A DNA stretch of 63,008 nt, filler included, from Peribolospora baueri (lineage: Eukaryota): NCBI GenBank assembly GCA_029717555.1. It is 3 parts of 3 records of this genome, joined end to end, with 100 filler letters (N's around TTAATTAATTAA, not from the genome) between each part and the next. Parts side by side here need not be neighbours in the genome. Positions count along the whole stretch, not along the records: positions 1 to 24,164 come from JAMDHS010000150.1; 2 more parts are not named here. One strand, written 5' to 3'. Below, one piece after another: positions 1 to 15,278 of this stretch (positions are counted from its first letter, which is position 1; each line of letters opens with the position of its first letter). The translations under genes and the position numbers were made by a program. A model generated the notes under the pieces. It saw nothing but the letters and a program-made list of their open reading frames with translations, was not told where the DNA came from and made no database searches.

Positions 1-24
1 TTTTTTTCCTTCGTTCGTTCGTCA

Positions 25-108
25 TATAGATAGATGGATGGATAGATAGATAGGTAGGTAGATAGATAGATAGGTAGATAGATAGATAGATTAGATGGAT
101 GGATAGAT
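25..108. repeat. (GATA)/(GGAT)/(GGTA) tetranucleotide microsatellite
   Basis: Tandem GATA/GGAT/GGTA units are directly visible. Confidence 0.9.
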
Positions 109-600
109 GATGGCCCTTGTTGAAATTCCAAGCAGACTCCGACACACTCGGCCTGGCCTGGCCTGGCTTGGCCGGGCCGTGCGTGAATCGTCGCCGCGAC
201 GGTCTCGTAGGGAGGACGTTACAGGAGCGACTTTTTTTTTGTCTTGTCATCGGGGCGCGGTGATCGACTCGTCTCGTCGTTGTTCGTCGAGGGGAGGACG
301 AAGGACGTCGGTCTGTTGGGACTACGGGACGTCCGCCTCTTGGGACTACAGTACAACCACCTTCGAGCCTCTCTCTCCGTCAGGTGGTGCCGCCCCTCGC
401 CCGTACGCGTGCTAACCATCTACTGTATGTGCATACATACGCTCGCTGCACCGCCGTCGTTTCTCGCTGAGAGGCCGGTCCGGTCTCGTTTGCCGCCGCC
501 GCCGCCGCCGATCGATCATGGCCCGCCGGTGCCGGCCAAGGAGCCAAGGGTCTCATCTGCTTCCTCCCCTCGACTCGACTCGACGAACCGAGGGCGAGCG

Positions 601-637
601 TGGATGGATGGATGGATGGATGGATGGATGGATGGAT
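601..637. repeat. (TGGA)n microsatellite
   Basis: About 9 perfect TGGA units. Confidence 0.9.
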
Positions 638-2433
638 TGTGGGGCGACGCCCGCCTGCCTGCCTGCCTGCTGCTCCGGCCGCGGCCGCGGGCTTCTTCTT
701 TCTTCTTTTCTTCTCCTTGGTTTTCGAGGAGAGGGGGAGAACGTCATATCAACTTGGGTAGCGTCGTCGGCCGTAATTACGTCCCAGCGCGGGAGGGGGC
801 TCGGCGGCACAAGTGCGCTTAAGTGTTCGTTGGCGCTTGGCCGGGTAAGTACAGGTAAGCAGCCGCAGCCGCAGCCGTGGTCGTGGTTGTGGTTGTGGTT
901 GCGGTTGTGGTCGGTCGTCGTTCCTGTGCGTACGATGGCGCTTATGTGACGCTGCATGGGCCTGGCCACTCGCGCGTCGGTGAGTGCTCGGTGAGCTGGC
1001 CTGGCCGGCACGGCGAGCGAGCGAAGTCCGATCGATACATACATTCGTTCGTTCAGTTCGGCACTGGCCCGGCCGATCCGGATAAGCGTATATGTGTGTC
1101 ACGTCACGCATGCGACGGCGAGCAAGAGGGAGGACGAGGACAGACAAGCGAGAGTGTCTGTCGACCACCGAGCGCTGGTCAGCTAGCTGAGAGCACGCCA
1201 GCGCGCTGCGCCGACACGGCCCGGCCAAGCGAGATCAAGCGACCGTCGAGTGAGACATGACGAGGAAGGATGCGCTGCGAGTGGGGTGCGCTGGGCGAGG
1301 CGAGGAGAAGCGAGGTGAATTTGAATCTGCTTGAGCTTGACTCGGTCCAAGACGGGGGGTGTCAAACCGCCATCGCACCGCTCGCACCAAGCAAGCAAGA
1401 CCCAGCCAAGGCGGCAAAAAGCAAACCACACGCGGGGATCCGTCGACTGACTGCCCTCCCAGCCCGTTCGTCATCGTCGTCCGCCCGTCAGCTGGACGAC
1501 CAGGGCCAGCATCGGCGACGGACGGTCGGACGAGGGCGGATGGATCGGTGGCACGTCATCCTGCCATCCAGTTTATCGGCGTATCTCAGACACCTTCGTT
1601 CGACACCACCGTCGTGTCGTGAGCACGAGTTGGGACGATGGCGCTTTCGAGCGAACGAACGTGTGGGCGAGACGGAAAGGAGACTGGCAGACAGACATCG
1701 CTCGCCATCATCGCAGACGTGGAGGCGAGGCGTCGTCGGCAGCGCTTCGTTTCGCCGCCCCAGAACGCGCGAGCGAGCGAGCGCACATCGATCTCGCCTC
1801 GCTTCCTCTCTCCTCCTCCTTCTCCTCTTCCTTCTCCCCGGCTCGGGCTGTGCGCCGGTGTGACAAGCGAAACGAGGGTCGCGCCTTGCTCGCTTCTTGC
1901 TGTGCTGTGCTCATCTCGTCCGCCGTTCCCTTTCCTCGACGCTGTCTTTCCCCCGGATGAGCACACCGTACTTGTCCAGCGCCGCCGCCGCGAGCGCCGA
2001 GCCACCAGGCCGAACGCCGCCGTCGAAGCTGTAACGCTACCTCCCTCGCTCCCACCCTCGCTCCTCCCTCGCTCGGTTCGACGGTGTGAGACAAGGGTCG
2101 GTGGGCCCCGATGGTCTGCGTACACACTACGCCACGCCACGCTCCGCGTACCCATTCCCTCATCTTCTCTCCTCTCTCTCCTTTGACGCTCTCCTCTCCA
2201 GCCGGGACACTCCGGCGCAAAGGCACGAGAGCAACGACGGATTAGGCTCGCTCGCTACCACCACACGATTCACCGCTTCCCGTTTCCTCGGGCCGCTTTC
2301 TCACGCCTCCGGCCTTGCATCGCGCGCGGTTTGGTCTGTACGAGGTTGTACCAACCCGTGTCCCGTGTCCGCTGTCCCGTGTCCCGTGCCTGTCCCGTCG
2401 TCGCCTCAGGGGCGTTTGCCGGGGAGTGGTCAG

Positions 2434-2570
2434 AGATAGACGACAGACAACAGACGGCAGACAGATAGACAGACAGAAAGACGCAGACGACAGACGACAG
2501 ACGACAGACGAGACAGACGACGGACGGACGGACAGACGGACAGACGGACAGACAGACAGACAGACGACGA
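2434..2570. repeat. (GACA)/(GACG) compound microsatellite
   Basis: Tandem GACA/GACG units are directly visible. Confidence 0.85.
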
Positions 2571-3950
2571 AACGGCGGTCGGACCATCGCATCATCATCG
2601 CACCGTGCGTGGCTTGCCGGCCGGTCGGACTAACGAACGAACGAACGAGCGAACGCACAAACGAAGAAACGAAGGAATAACGAACGCACAAACGAGAGGC
2701 CGCTGTGGTCGGTTGATCGGTTTTGTCCGCAAGCGATCTCCTCCGGTCGGCGTCCCTGTGTCTGTCTGTCTGTCTTGTGTCTCTGCGCTCGTCGGCTGGC
2801 TGGCTCTCCTCCTTTACGTCTCCACCCCTCCGGCGTCTTCCGTCCGTGTCTATATTTCTTCTTCCATCTTTCATCCGTCCTCCGCCCCGTTCCTCCCCTT
2901 CCCTTCCTCGCCTTCTCTCCTCGCCTTCCATTCTTCCGCCCATTCTTCACCTAGCCGCGCCTCCGATACACTGGGCTGGATCGGGCGGGCGGCCGACGCG
3001 GCTCTCTTTCCCTCCCCCTCCTCTCTTCTCCCCCCTCCCCTCTGCCGACCCTCGGGGGCCACCCGCCCGGCCGGCCTTGCTTGCCTTGCCTTGCCTTCAG
3101 TCTGTCTTCCGGGTCAGCCGAATGGGGTCAACAGCCTCCGGCGTCGCCTGCACGAAAGAAGAAAAGCCGTCGTCGTCCTCGGGCCACACGAGGCGAGAGA
3201 GACCGTCGTCGACCATCACCTACCTCGACGGTGATCGCCGTCGCTAACGACTCCTAGCTAGCTAGAAGACCACCGGGCATTCCGACGACGGCCACCGGCT
3301 TCAGGTTCACGCACGGCCAAGCTTGTCGTCCTTGTCTCTGTCTGTCTTCGTCTTCGTCTTTGTCTTCGTCTTCGTCTCGTCCTCATCATCCTTTCTTCGC
3401 CATCCCATCTCCACCGCACCTCCTCCTCCGTCCCTCTGACCCTCCGACCACCCACCGACCCACTCCACTGGCACCTCCACCTCCGTCCCCCCTTCGTCTC
3501 TTCCGCCCAACACCCACCACCCCCTCCCTTCCCATCCTCGTCCCAGCTGAGCGAGCGAAGGAAACCGGACGCCTAAGCACGCGCGAGCGAGCGAGACGCC
3601 CAAACCCAACAAGGAAAGAAAGACGAGACGGGTTCAGGTAAGCAATCGTCGACGCGTCCCCTCCCGCACACTCTCCCTCCCTTCCCTCCGTCCGGATTCG
3701 TTCGGTTTTTTTTTTCTTCCCACCCTTGGTCCCTCTCTCCAGGACGCCATCCACTTCCATCTCACCTTCTCTTCCTTCCTTCCGCACTCTTCTTCGTTCC
3801 ACCCACCGCCCACCTCCCCTCTCTTCTCCCCCGTCGGCCCTCACTTCAGCCTCCGACGTTGACCGTCGTCACCGCCTGACCCCCTCGCACGGCGCGATCC
3901 ATCCAGCGCTGCCGTGCCTGCCCTTCCCGTCGTCGTGGACTCTTCACAGC

Positions 3951-5483
3951 ATGAGCACCGGTAGCGATGGTCGCTCGTCCGCTGCGGGCGCATGGGCCCC
4001 TCAGGGATGGGATATGGGCGGTTGGGACACCATGGGCTCACAGAGCCAGCAGCCGCAACAAACCGCACAGCAACACCAGCACCATCACCACCAGCCCTCC
4101 TCTCATCAACAGCAGCAGCAGGACCAGCAGCAGCCGTCCTTCTCCAGCGCCGGCCATCAGCAGTATCACGCCCGTCCACAGCTCACCGACCCCTCCGCCC
4201 TGCCACAGCTTACCGTCCCCAGTCATGCCACCCCCGCCCAAGCGTACTACTCCTCTCCCCAGGCCGCCGACAGCACCTTCCGAGCACAGCAACCGGCCAC
4301 ACACCAGAACCACAGCGCCATGGCCTCCCAGGTCCACGCCTACTCGGTCCAGCAGCAGCGTCACCTCGCCGCCTCGTCCGGTCAGCCCGGCCTGTCGTCG
4401 TCCAGCTTCCCCGCCGGTATCGGTTATCCTCAGATCGTCCACTCTTCCCCTCTCGCGCAGCACGCCGCCCACGACAGTCGCACCGGCGGCGCGTCCGCAT
4501 CGCCGGCCCACTATTCTCCTGCGCCCGCCTTCATGCCCGCCCCCCAGCAATACGCTCGACACCCTTCTTGGCCCGCCAACTATCCGCCTACCATGGTCGG
4601 AATGGTTCAGCCTGGCACCGTCGGTGCCGGCGGCCCGCCGGCCTTGCAGCCAACCGCCATCGGCCACCTCCCCGTTGGCCTGCCCGACACCGGTCCGCAC
4701 GGCCCGCCGTCCTATGCGACCGGCCCAACGACGAGCTACCACCCCGGTCAGCCTCCGCCGCATGGCTCTCAGATCGCGCCCAACCTTTTGGCCACCGGCG
4801 TGCCATCCACGTCGAGATCCGGTCAATCCGCCTCGCCATCCACGTCCGGCTCTTCTCAAAACACGACGCCGAACACGTTGAACACCGTGCCTCGACCCTC
4901 GAACTTGCCTTTGCACGCCCCTAACGGTCGCATCCTCCTCGCTTGCGGCTTTTGCAAGCACCGCAAGCTCAAATGTGACGGCATCCGGCCGCAGTGCCAG
5001 CAGTGCGCCAAGAGGGGTCTCGAGTGCCAATACGCGGAGCGGATTAGGCGTAGAGGTCCGGGCAAGGCGAGGCTGGAGAGGGAGGAGAGGGCGAGACAGA
5101 AGGAAGCAGCCCAGCGGATGGCTTTGGAACAGCAGCAGGCGGCGCAGCGATTGGCGTTGGACCAGCAGCACCAGCAGCAGCATCACACTTTGGACCAACA
5201 GCAGCAGCACCAGCAACACCAGCACCAGCAGCAACAGCAGCAGCACCACCAACAGCAGCAACAGCACGCGTCCGCGCACGCGCCGGGACAGCACCAGCCA
5301 GGCCACGTTCCCGGCGTCGGCCTTCCACCGGCGGGAGACGGCACTTCGCCGAGCAAGAGAACCGTAGACGGTACACACGACGTGTTGGCCTCCTCCGCTC
5401 GTGATGGCTCCGGCCCCGACGAGAACGTGTCCTCCGCCGTCGACCACTCTGGTCTCTACGGGCCCGTTCCCCCCGCTCAGTGA
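3951..5483 (+). CDS. Zn(II)2Cys6 fungal transcription factor with poly-Q/H tracts, single exon
   Basis: ACGFCKHRKLKCDGIRPQCQQCAKRGLECQY is the canonical C6 cluster, followed by basic RRRGPGK and a coiled-coil/poly-Q stretch. The first ATG is at 3951. Confidence 0.88.
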   Translation: MSTGSDGRSSAAGAWAPQGWDMGGWDTMGSQSQQPQQTAQQHQHHHHQPSSHQQQQQDQQQPSFSSAGHQQYHARPQLTDPSALPQLTVPSHATPAQAYYSSPQAADSTFRAQQPATHQNHSAMASQVHAYSVQQQRHLAASSGQPGLSSSSFPAGIGYPQIVHSSPLAQHAAHDSRTGGASASPAHYSPAPAFMPAPQQYARHPSWPANYPPTMVGMVQPGTVGAGGPPALQPTAIGHLPVGLPDTGPHGPPSYATGPTTSYHPGQPPPHGSQIAPNLLATGVPSTSRSGQSASPSTSGSSQNTTPNTLNTVPRPSNLPLHAPNGRILLACGFCKHRKLKCDGIRPQCQQCAKRGLECQYAERIRRRGPGKARLEREERARQKEAAQRMALEQQQAAQRLALDQQHQQQHHTLDQQQQHQQHQHQQQQQQHHQQQQQHASAHAPGQHQPGHVPGVGLPPAGDGTSPSKRTVDGTHDVLASSARDGSGPDENVSSAVDHSGLYGPVPPAQ

Positions 5484-7349
5484 CCTTTGACCGCCGACGC
5501 GTTTTTTTTTTTTTTTCTTTTTTCGTGTCGTCCTTCCGGTCGTGGCCTTCCTCACCTGCCCGCGCTCGTCCTCGCCATCTCGGCGCGTGTCTCACCTCCC
5601 TCCCCTTTTTCTCGACCATGCCTGCCCCTTCCCCCTGCCCCCTCCCCTCGACCCTCTCCCACTCGCACTCGCCTCTCGTCAGCAATGTTTAGACGGCGGC
5701 GCTGAGCACCGTTGATTGCAGCAGCCTGCTCCTTGGGTTCGTCTTTTTATTCGCATTGTTCTTCTTCAACGCCGCGCCCGCCCGCCCGTCCGTCCCGTCC
5801 GTCCCGTCCCGTCCCCCGCCCGCCCGCCCGCTTTGATCGCTTAGCGCTCCGCCCGTTCCCTTCGTTGTCCATATATCAAGGCATAGCATCTCCGTAGCTA
5901 GCACTCGTCCTTTTTTTATTTTTTATTCTCCATCCTCCTCCGCTCGTACTCTCCTATCCCTTCTCCTTCCCTCTCTCTCTCTTCTCTCTCCCCACCCCCC
6001 CTCTATAACTTTTCCTTCCTCCCGCGCCTCCAAGTTCGGCTATTCACGTCCCGTCCGGCGGTGCAACCTCTTCCTTCTTTCCTTCTTTCCTTCTTCCTTC
6101 TTTCCTTCTTTCCTTCCTCCCTTCCTTCCTTCCTTCCTTCCTTGTCGTTCCGCTCCGCATCGCAACCTCGGATCGTTTCGTCGGGCGCGCAAAACCTTGC
6201 TTGCCATCGGGGCAGAGGACGACCACGACAACGAACAAAATGGCAAAATAACGAACAACTTTTTTTACTCGCCCGGTCGTTCGCCTGCCCGGTGGTGGTT
6301 CGCCCCGGCTCAGCTAGGCTCGGCTCGGTTTGGTTTGGTTCGGTCTGGTCTGCCCGGCTCGCTGGACGGCACGGCGGAGGACACGTCCTCTCTTTCGATG
6401 GCGACGGCGGCGGCGGCGGTGATGGCGATGGCGACGACGGCAACTTGGGAGCTCTACTGGTGCGCGCAGACCACGCGGAAGTTCGTCTTTATTTTTTTTT
6501 CCGCAAGACCACGACTCTCCGCCTCGCCTCTCGTCGACCATGTGGGACGTCTTTCGCAACAAGTAATCTACTACACTACCCCCCCTCCCCCTTTTCGAAC
6601 TAGGGCCGCGCCCTTCCCATCCTACTTGGCCTCGACCGATCGATCGACCATCCAGCCGCCGCCGTCGTCGTCGTCCTCCTCCTTCTCACCGCCGACCACC
6701 TGGCCCGGGGTCGCCACGGCCGCATCGCCTTACCCTTCGGTCGTACTCCATCCATCCGTCCGTCCGAGCCCTCGGCGCCAGGTCAGCGGGCCGTCGCTCT
6801 TTTTGTTTTGCGACCCTACCAGCTTTTCACCCCCGCACCGTCGTCCCCTCGCCGCCTCGCTCGTCAAGTGTACGATAGCTATCCATTGCCCCCCCCCCCC
6901 CCCATCCTTAACCCAAACCTCGCCTCCACCCACCCCGCTCCCCGCTCCCCGTCCCCCTAACCGCTGGTACCCCCCTGCTGCGCTGTTTTATTTCCTAACT
7001 TCCATCGCTCCGCCCCGCCTCTCGCAACGTCGTCTTTACGTCGAAATGAAAGCCGTCCCCAGTCTTAACGCGTCCAATGCGCCTTCTACCTCCGTTCCGA
7101 GCCCGATCGTATCCCCTCGCTTCTTCTTTTCCCCCGACCCGAATCATTTTCAGTCTTGCCTCCTTTTTCTTTTCATTGAGCCGTGGCACGTGCCACGGAT
7201 CGGTTGATGCGGATCACGTGATAGGAAGGAATTGCCCTTGTATTGACTGGCCCGACTTCGTCGACTTAGCCTGACGACGATACACACTCCTCCTCTTTGT
7301 CTTCCTCCTCCTCCTCCTCTCCTCCTCCTCCTTCTCCTCCTACTTACAC

Positions 7350-10419
<3,070 letters not shown>

Positions 10420-11398
10420 AAGTGGAAGAAAAAGTGGGAAAATGTCGTCCGACGTTGAATACCGTTCCCTTTTTTTTTTTTACTCACGTAGAGGACTCTT
10501 TGTGGCCGCTCTTCGAGACGGTGTAATGTCGTGATGGTCTGATGGTCTCTCTTAGTTTCGGGGGCGTCGGGCTTGAATACTACGGATCTGTAATGAGCTG
10601 GGTCCCCGAAAAAGTCTGAACCCCCCCTTCGTCTCAGAGCTCGGAGATTCCGAAGCGGCCATGTCTGCGAAAGAGGGGTACAAATGCCATGGGAGTCGAC
10701 CTGTGCTTTTATTTGAACGAGAACCCAGGTATTGTCGAGGCAGGTATGGGTGAAACGCGTCGGGGGGGCCGACGACGGCGTGCACCACTCTGTGCGACTT
10801 GGGAGTGTCGTGCACTGAACAGAACATGTGAATGCAGCTTCCAGCAGGAGAGCCGGCCTTCCAGGTCGACCCAGAGAAGAGCGGACGGGCTGTCCGCACA
10901 GCAAAGTCTCTTCGCGTGGTCCGAGCTGGAAGCCAGGAAGACGAGCGAGGACTTCTGTCAGAGATGGCCTCGTGCGCGACACCGACGAGACCGTCCGTCC
11001 GCAGGAAATACATTTACAGCGAAACAGGCCTTTCTCCCTCTCCGTCACCCACCATCCATACAAGCGGTTCAGGAAGCCGCGCCGACAATACGCTGGCAGA
11101 GGGTATGGTGACGTGGGAGTCCTCCTTCGTCCTAAGATGAACTGTATGGTGGGTGCGTCGTTAATTCGTGTTTCGAGCGCAGCCATCATCGCGGCTTGGA
11201 CGTCATTGTCCGCCTGCTGAACAAGCACTTCCTCTCGATCTAAAGGATCCCGTGGTATTAAGCGAATCCTTAACCATGGCCGCCATGATCATACATGCTG
11301 CCCACTTCACGAAGGATGAAAGGAGATGCAAAGGCATGTTCCGGCGTACTGTTACATTGAGTATAATTACACGAGCGGGTGTCGAGACATGCAAAGAT

Positions 11399-14209
11399 TT
11401 ACGCGAACAGACGGTCCAACTTGCTGGCCAGCTGGTCGCCGTCCATCTTGACGTATTTGTGAGGATCTGAAGGGTAGGGCGGAAGCGACCAAGTCAGTGG
11501 ATGCTATCGCAGTAAAGATGTATCAAAAATAAACTGACTCTTGGAAAAGTCTCCTCCACGGTGCTTCTGCAGGAAAGCCTTGTAAAGCGGCACCACCATT
11601 CTAGGGAAGCCGACGGAGAACAAGTCAGGAAACGCAGTATCTGAAAGCGTCAGCTTCTAAACGCCGTGTCCGCTCACTTGTTGACTTCTACACCCAATCG
11701 CTCGCGCAAGTCTGGGTCCTTCTTGGTCAGCGGGTAGGCTCGATGCAGAGTCTCAAGCTCGTCAAGGGCGTCAAAGAACCGAGTGAACTTGTCTTTGACT
11801 GCTTGCCGCTCTGCGCCGCCCCCTAATCCCAGCGCCTTGGCGCCGCCGCTGGAGCCTGACTTGTCTCCTGGCCCGTCCATGAGCGAGCTGACAAGCGGAG
11901 ACCAGGCGTCAGCAAGGTAGCCGTTCTTGGCGTTTCGCATAGCGCTGTTTAGAGAATCTTGGCCCTCTTCGCCCAGAAGGTCGTCGATGGTCGAGTGGGA
12001 AGAAGACAAGAGGGCGCGACGAACGTGAGAGATGTTGTTCAGGAGAAAGATGGATGACGTCGCGGGGGAACGGATGGCCCTGGCGCGGCCTTCAGGCGGT
12101 TGAACGCAAATGAGATCGGTTGTCAATAAGGTGACCATGGACTAGCATATGAAACCGTCAACGATAGGCCTCTGACCTTCTAACGCTGTCAAAAGACAGG
12201 ACAGCACGTCACGCAGATAGTGCCTGACCATCGCATTTTCCTCTCCTCGGCTGTTGAAGGACAGAGTCGGCGCCTTCGTGGCACCCATCATCCAGTTTCC
12301 GTCGCCAAGAATTTGCAAGAAGGGCTCGACAACATCTTGGAAATCGGCGATTTGCTTCATGTATCCGATGATCCGGTAAGTCAGATTGGACACGCTCGTC
12401 GACGGCACGGTATCTGCATGGCGCGCAGGGTAGCTCTGGATGAACCAGTGGTCGAATACGATGACGGTCAGCAACGAAGCCGCACCGATCGGGCAGAGAG
12501 TGCTCACCCTAATTTTGTCAATGACTTCTGGGAAACTCCGCAAGCACGTGGCCCTGACGGCGCCAAGGGCCTCCTCTATCTCTCCCCTCTCGCCTTTCCT
12601 GCCCGCTCGCTTCACCATGACGTCCGCCCAACGAGATTGAGCACTTTGCAGAACGCCAGCCAAGTCGAAGGCGAAGAAGATGTTGTCCGACACGGAGCGA
12701 CGAATGAACTCGGAGAGAGAGGTGAAGGTGCTGCTGAATGTGTCGACGGTCGGTTGAATGAGAGCGAGGTATATTGTGTCGAGCATAGACGAAGAGGTGA
12801 TAGGCATAATAGATCGAAGGAGGTTGTACTCGGTCTGCGGGAACGGGTCGAACAGAGCGATAATTGTCAGTTGCAATTATACATTCGCCAAACGCCCGAT
12901 GTACACCGACTCACTTCTGCCATGCCCAGCACGATGTCCATCCACAAACTCGTCTCGGCAGACCCTTTGCCGCGCTTGGTCACTTCTCCATGCTCCTCTG
13001 CTTCGGCCTCGTCTTCGTCTTTTGCACCCTTCTCGCCATACATGGCCTCGGCCTTCTGCACTGCATTCGTCGCTAAACCAGCCGTAGAGCGCTCCAGATA
13101 GATGCCCCGGAGATCACCATATGCGAGTAACGCCACAGTGAGGGGGTCTTTGGCGGCGGAGCCCTTGGGAGGCGAAATCGTAGACAAGTAAGTGAGGAGG
13201 TGGGTGAGGGGTGGGACCAAGCCGTCTGACAGAGTAGGATAGCCCGATGCTGCGGCGGAATGGGGAGGTAACTCAGCATGCGCTCAATCGGCCTGGCGGA
13301 GATAGGCATGCTTAGACTGACAGCGATACATCTCCGGATCGATGGGCTCAGAGTCCGGCCTGAGCCAGTCGACCATAACGTCGACGAGCTTGCCCGCGCC
13401 AACATCTATCAGACGGTTCTGAAACAGCGATCATGAATAAATTATGGATCAGATGGTTGGTCGTATTTGACGTCCAATGGTGTGCAATTCCCTCACCATT
13501 TCCATCATGACCTTTTCCTGGCCCTTGATGTCCGCCTTTCGTAGGGCATCTAATGCCTGCTTGACTCGGTCGATGGTGTCCATGTACGGAATGAGATTGC
13601 CTGGATCGGGCCTACAGATGGGAGGTGCAGACGCCATAATCGTGTCAGTAGGGTCACAAAGACGCTCCTCCTTAAGGCGGACCTGATCCATCAGTCGCAA
13701 GCGCCTGGCTCACCCTTGGTTGATGATCGGCTCCTCTTGCAAGATAATGTTGTAGTGACCCAAATTCTTATTGATCGCCTCCATGGTCAGATCAATGTCT
13801 GAGTGGTTCACGTCCGCATACAAAACCAGCTAAGCATTTGATCGTCTCCCATCTGGACTGCACGTACTTAGGAGGCCACCCCGTCCCAGTCGCACACGAC
13901 TTGCCGAGAAGAGACTCACTGTTCGACACGCGAGTGAGCGCCTGCGTGCTCCTGTGAATGGGCAGGATGGAGCTCTCCAGCTTGACCAGTCGTCTGTCGA
14001 AACCCGACAGGATGCTGGTCATCCGCCCGGTGAGCGTAGCCAGCTTCTTCTGGTTCTGCGTGAGCAGCTCGAGCTCCGCCTTGGCGAGGCGAGGAAGCGA
14101 GAGGCATGAGTGTTTGTTAGAACGGCGTTGCGCGAATGAAGGCAGGCAAATATCATCATCGCGAGAGTGTGCTCACATAGGCCAGATCCGCGTCCACGTT
14201 GCTGTTCAT
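11399..14209 (-). CDS. EXO70: Exocyst subunit Exo70 (multi-exon)
   Basis: MTSILSGFDRRLVKLESSILPIH (N-term), SIFLLNNISHV, ERQAVKDKFTRFFDALDELE and a C-terminal PHKYVKM..LDRLFA*. Confidence 0.9.
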
Positions 14210-14694
14210 GATGCGGTCGTCGTCTGTGGGAAGGAAGGAGATCCTCTCGATCGGCGGTGCGGCAACCCGTATCTAAGGTCCACCACCGATCGCCGCAGCC
14301 GTGCCTGCTTGTTGCCATTCAGTGGAGCGCCCAAGTTTGGCGAGCTTCAGGTCGGACTCTCGCAGCCTCTCCTATAATCACACAAGAAGCAAATTGGCGG
14401 ACTGCGCTCGGTTCAAGCAAGGCATGGCGTCGTGGTTGGAAAGGAAGACGGAACAGCCAAATGTACATGGACACCTCGTAGTTCTCAAATGCAACGGGGC
14501 TTTCTAATAAGCGGGGGAGGAAAGGGATACGTGATGTCAGAGAGCGCTCGGGAATGGCGGACGGAAAGGAGAGGCATGAAGTCATCATTTGCTCTCTTTT
14601 TGTCGCCGCCGCCGTCGTCGTCGCGCTCTGAGATCTCGTAAGTGCAGGGCCTTGGCCGTGCTCACGAGGAGAGTCGCGACGAACAAACAGGTAC

Positions 14695-15266
14695 CGCCCC
14701 ACCACACCATTGGCTGGGCCTCTACGGCTTTTTTCCGGAGGCGTCCTCTCGCTCATCGCACCCACGGTCTTTGTGCTAGTCGGAAACAAGCGCAAGTTCG
14801 GCGTCTATTTGGGCATCCTCTCCACCGTATCCTCCCTCGGCATCCTCGCCGGAGAGCCCGTGGCCGGCAGGTTGCTGAAGAACACCGGCAGCACCTTTGA
14901 CGGAGGGCTGCCTGATAGTATGTCTGGAAGACCCCGAACGAGCGGGTGAAGCCGCCGCAGATGAACAAGAGGGCGCAGCCGACGACGACGAGCCAAGCGT
15001 CGAGTACCCCCGTCGGGCGGGGAGCCAATGCTTCCAAAGGCTGTCGGTAGACTAACCTGAGGCGGTCTGGGCGGCGATGGTCCAGAGTCGAAGCCCTCTT
15101 CCACGTCAACGGACGCGTCGCCGACACTGGTTGCGGTCTGTGAAGAGGAAGCAGCGTCTCGAGAAAAATGGTTCGATTTGTCGGCAGCCTGCTCGTCCAT
15201 GTTGAGAACCTCTTGGGGACCATAAGCGCCCGCGGCGACATCGTATCGTCGGTTGTCGGTGGACAT
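14695..15266. pseudogene. Scrambled MFS monocarboxylate transporter (MCH/MCT) relic
   Basis: Minus strand carries an N-terminal PPDGG[+1 frameshift]LDAWLVVVGCALLFICGGFTRSFGVFQTYYQ. Plus strand carries a C-terminal GVYLGILSTVSSLGILAGEPVAGRLL. The two fragments face each other and the middle of the gene is missing. Confidence 0.7.
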
Positions 15267-15278
15267 GGCGATGGAGTG

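Noticed and set aside
4038..5555. 505-aa minus-strand ORF with poly-Leu
   Set aside because: It is antisense to the poly-Q transcription factor.
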